64,000 nt of DNA from assembly GCA_963762525.1 (NCBI GenBank), contig CAVXKT010000007.1, positions 21,303-85,302 on the forward strand, in the 5' to 3' direction. Below, piece after piece: positions 61,530 to 64,000 of the stretch; positions within the stretch are counted from its first letter, which is position 1, and each line of letters starts with the position of its first letter. The translations under genes were made by a program, and so were the position numbers. This DNA comes from an uncultured Pseudomonadota bacterium (lineage in GTDB: Bacteria; Pseudomonadota; Alphaproteobacteria; Acetobacterales; Acetobacteraceae). A model generated the notes under the pieces. That model had not been told where the DNA came from and made no database searches. It worked only from the letters and a program-made list of their open reading frames with translations.

Positions 61530-63434
61530 ATGGTTGAATTCATTCAGATCCTGGTGGGCGGCGTCCTCGTCGGGGCGATCTATTCGCTGGTCGCGCTCGG
61601 GTTCTCGATCGTTTATCGCGTCACCGGCGTCATCAATCTGGCACAGGGCGCGTTCTGCCTGCTCGCGTCGCTGAGCACCTGGACGTTGGAGACCGTCTCC
61701 GGCTGGTCGGCGGCGCCGGCCGCGATCGTCGCCGTCCTCGGCACCGCCGCCGCCGGCCTGTTGCTCGGACGGGCCACCTTCGTGCCCGGCATCACGCGGC
61801 TTTCCAACGCCAACATGCTGATGCTGACGGCCGGGCTGCTGACGCTGATCGAGGGTCTGCTGCTCGCGTCTTGGGGGAGCCAGCCCTATGCGCTGGCGCC
61901 GTTTTCGGGCAGCCGACCGGTGAACCTCGCCGGCATCCTGATCCCGACCCAGGGCTTCTGGGTGCTCGGAACGGCGATCGTCATCATCATCGGGCTATGG
62001 CTGCTCATCGGGCGCACGAGCTTCGGGCAAGCGCTGCGTGCCTGCGCCGAGAACCCGATGGCGGCGCGGCTGATGGGAATCGACGTGCCGCGGATGACGC
62101 TGCTGAGCTTCGGCCTGGCCGCCGGCATCGCCGCCATCGCCGGGGTCGTGGTGGCGCCCACCACCTCGCTGCAATTCGATTCCGGGCGGCTGTTCACCAT
62201 CTGGGGCTTCATCGCCGTGGCGATCGGCGGCCTCGGTTCATTTCCCGGCGCCATCGCCGGCGGGCTGCTGCTCGGCATCATCGGCCAGCTCGCCACCGCC
62301 TACATCTCGTCGCTGTTCAGCAACGCGATCGCGCTGGGGCTGCTGCTGGTGGTGCTGATCTGGCGGCCGAACGGACTGATCGGGACCGGGGTCCGCCGCC
62401 AGGACGTGCGCGAGGAGGCGCGGGTCTGGAAGCACATCACCCGGCTGCGGTCCACCACGGCCCGGCTGAGCGGTGGGGTCGGGCTCGCGATCGTGCTGGT
62501 GCTGCCGCTGTTCATCAACTCCGAGGGCGTGCTGAGTAGCCTGGTCATCGCCGCCATTCTCTACATCGCGCTGCTCGGGCTCGACGTGGCGATGGGCTAT
62601 GCCGGTCAGGTCAATCTCGGCCAAGCCGGCTTCATGGCCGTGGGCGGATATACCGCCGGCTATCTGGCGACCCGGTACGAGATCGAGCCGCTGCTCGGCA
62701 TCGCTGCCGCCATCGTGGTGGCGCTGTTGTGCTCGCTCGCGCTTTCGGTGGTGACGCTGCGGCTGCGCGGCTTCTATCTGGCGCTGGCCACGCTCGCCTT
62801 CGGCCTCCTGGTCAACTCGGGCGCGGTCGGCCTGATCGGCATCACCGGCGGCCCCTCCGGCCTGGTCGGCGTCCCGTCCTTTTCGGTAGGCAATCTCGCC
62901 TTCGATACGCCGATCTCCATGTATTACCTGGTGGTCTGCATCAACCTGGTGCTGCTGTTGCTGCTCGCCGGCGGCATCCGCTCGGGCTTCGGGCGATCGT
63001 TGCAGGCGATCCGCACCGATCAGCTCGCGGCGGCGGCGCTCGGCGTGAACGTGGTGCGGACAAAAATGGTGGCGCTCGCCATCGGCTCGGCGTTGGCGGG
63101 GTTGTCGGGCAGCCTCTACGCTTTCTTCTTTCACTTCCTCTCGCCCGACATGGTGGGCACGCCGCGCTCGTTCGAGCTGATCGCGATGCTGGTGATCGGC
63201 GGCGAGGGCACGCTGATCGGGCCGTTGTTCGGCGCCGTTCTGCTGACCTTGCTGCCGACCATCTTCCAGCCGCTGGCGCTCTATAAGACCTTCGTCACCG
63301 GCGCCTTGCTGGTGCTCTGCTTCCTCTATCTTCCGCAAGGTATCTTCGGCGTGCTCGCCGCGATCCCGGGGCGCCTGTCCGGTCGCGGCACCGGCGCACG
63401 GCGCGCACCGCTAATCGCCGGCCGGCTGCCATGA
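61530..63434 (+). CDS. Fused LivH-LivM branched-chain-type ABC permease
   Basis: 634 aa in one frame. The LivH-like half (MVEFIQILVGGVLVGAIYSLVALGFSIVYRVTGVINLAQG) ends near LIWRPNGLIG. The LivM-like half has LGLDVAMGYAGQVNLGQAGFMAVGGYTAGYL. Confidence 0.8.
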   Translation: MVEFIQILVGGVLVGAIYSLVALGFSIVYRVTGVINLAQGAFCLLASLSTWTLETVSGWSAAPAAIVAVLGTAAAGLLLGRATFVPGITRLSNANMLMLTAGLLTLIEGLLLASWGSQPYALAPFSGSRPVNLAGILIPTQGFWVLGTAIVIIIGLWLLIGRTSFGQALRACAENPMAARLMGIDVPRMTLLSFGLAAGIAAIAGVVVAPTTSLQFDSGRLFTIWGFIAVAIGGLGSFPGAIAGGLLLGIIGQLATAYISSLFSNAIALGLLLVVLIWRPNGLIGTGVRRQDVREEARVWKHITRLRSTTARLSGGVGLAIVLVLPLFINSEGVLSSLVIAAILYIALLGLDVAMGYAGQVNLGQAGFMAVGGYTAGYLATRYEIEPLLGIAAAIVVALLCSLALSVVTLRLRGFYLALATLAFGLLVNSGAVGLIGITGGPSGLVGVPSFSVGNLAFDTPISMYYLVVCINLVLLLLLAGGIRSGFGRSLQAIRTDQLAAAALGVNVVRTKMVALAIGSALAGLSGSLYAFFFHFLSPDMVGTPRSFELIAMLVIGGEGTLIGPLFGAVLLTLLPTIFQPLALYKTFVTGALLVLCFLYLPQGIFGVLAAIPGRLSGRGTGARRAPLIAGRLP

Positions 63435-64000
63435 CGCCCGCGCTGTTTGCCTCCGGCCTGAGCCGTTCGTTCGGCGGCGTGCAGGCGATCGCCGACGTTT
63501 CCTTCGAAGTCGCCGACCGCACGATCACGGCGCTCATCGGTCCGAATGGCGCCGGGAAGACGACGCTGTTCAATCTGATCACCAACCTTTTCCCGCCCGA
63601 CGCGGGCGAGGTGCGCCTGTACGACCGACCGCTCTCCGGCCTGGGCTCATCGCGCATTGCCGGGCTCGGCCTGGTGCGCACCTTCCAGAGCGCGCGGGTC
63701 TTCCCCGGCATGACGACGCTCGAGAACGTGCTGGTCGGCCGCCATCGACTGCTGCGCGCCGGTCTCGCCGCGTCGATGCTCTGGTTGCCCGGCGCGCGGC
63801 GCGAGGAGCGGGAGCTGGCGGTGCGCGCGGAGCGTCTGCTCGACTTGGTCGGGCTCTTGCCGTATCGCGACGCGCACGCGGTTGACCTGCCCATGGGCGC
63901 GCAGAAGCTGGTCGAGGTGATGCGCGCGCTGATGGCCGGCCCTCGGCTGCTGCTGCTCGACGAACCCGCCGCCGGGCTCAACGACAAGGAGACGGAGGAG
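63431..64000 (+). CDS. livG: LivG-type ABC ATP-binding protein, 5' part (runs off window end)
   Basis: ATG at 63431 overlaps the permease stop. Walker A GPNGAGKTT, Q-loop RTFQ, LLLLDEPAAGLN. Confidence 0.9.
   Translation, partial: MTPALFASGLSRSFGGVQAIADVSFEVADRTITALIGPNGAGKTTLFNLITNLFPPDAGEVRLYDRPLSGLGSSRIAGLGLVRTFQSARVFPGMTTLENVLVGRHRLLRAGLAASMLWLPGARREERELAVRAERLLDLVGLLPYRDAHAVDLPMGAQKLVEVMRALMAGPRLLLLDEPAAGLNDKETEE

Overview
High-GC chromosomal segment (about 73% G+C by hand count over 4021-4140). Gene order looks alphaproteobacterial, Hyphomicrobiales/Rhizobiales-like (inference from synteny: bamA-skp-lpxD-fabZ-lpxA, FYDLN-aroA-cmk, membrane H+-PPase). Contents left to right: (1) Liv-type ABC genes. 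(2) A quaternary-amine catabolic locus: soxBDAG, a coupled GbcA-like Rieske oxygenase and an OpuC/YehZYXW-type betaine transporter. (3) AI-2E transporter with an extra C-terminal domain, thpR, tesA-ybbA-ybbP, a BI-1 family protein. (4) A decayed stretch: DUF3034 remnant plus PAS-GGDEF-EAL remnant. (5) An HtrA-like protein lacking catalytic His and Ser, coupled to a small LuxR-type regulator, then a GS-like enzyme. (6) rpmI-rplT-pheS-pheT, preceded in the same direction by an unusual operon (cyclase-FGE fusion, DUF4399, split ThDP decarboxylase, Nudix) that abuts tRNA-Thr. (7) NMT1-like binding protein, soluble PPase next to H+-PPase, tRNA-Met. (8) A 1019-aa beta-helix/Gly-rich repeat protein, a GGEEF diguanylate cyclase and a 115-aa orphan in one operon. 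(9) Small ORF plus amidase, recQ, DUF3576 lipoprotein, lpxA-fabZ-lpxD-skp-bamA. (10) SH3 protein, sugar-binding protein, FYDLN-aroA-cmk. (11) A Rieske/PDR-reductase/GFO cluster with a Liv-type ABC importer. I found no rRNA, CRISPR array, transposase, integrase or phage genes. About 18 frame disruptions are visible, including in pheT and bamA. Most sit in mononucleotide runs and are probably assembly indels, but the 19.4-21.2 kb region shows genuine decay (nonsense codons, an internal deletion). The best candidates for undescribed biology are the cyclase-FGE/DUF4399/ThDP/Nudix operon (28.6-32.3 kb) and the giant beta-helix protein/DGC/orphan operon (37.1-41.7 kb). All family assignments rest on motif recognition from the translations; no database search was run.
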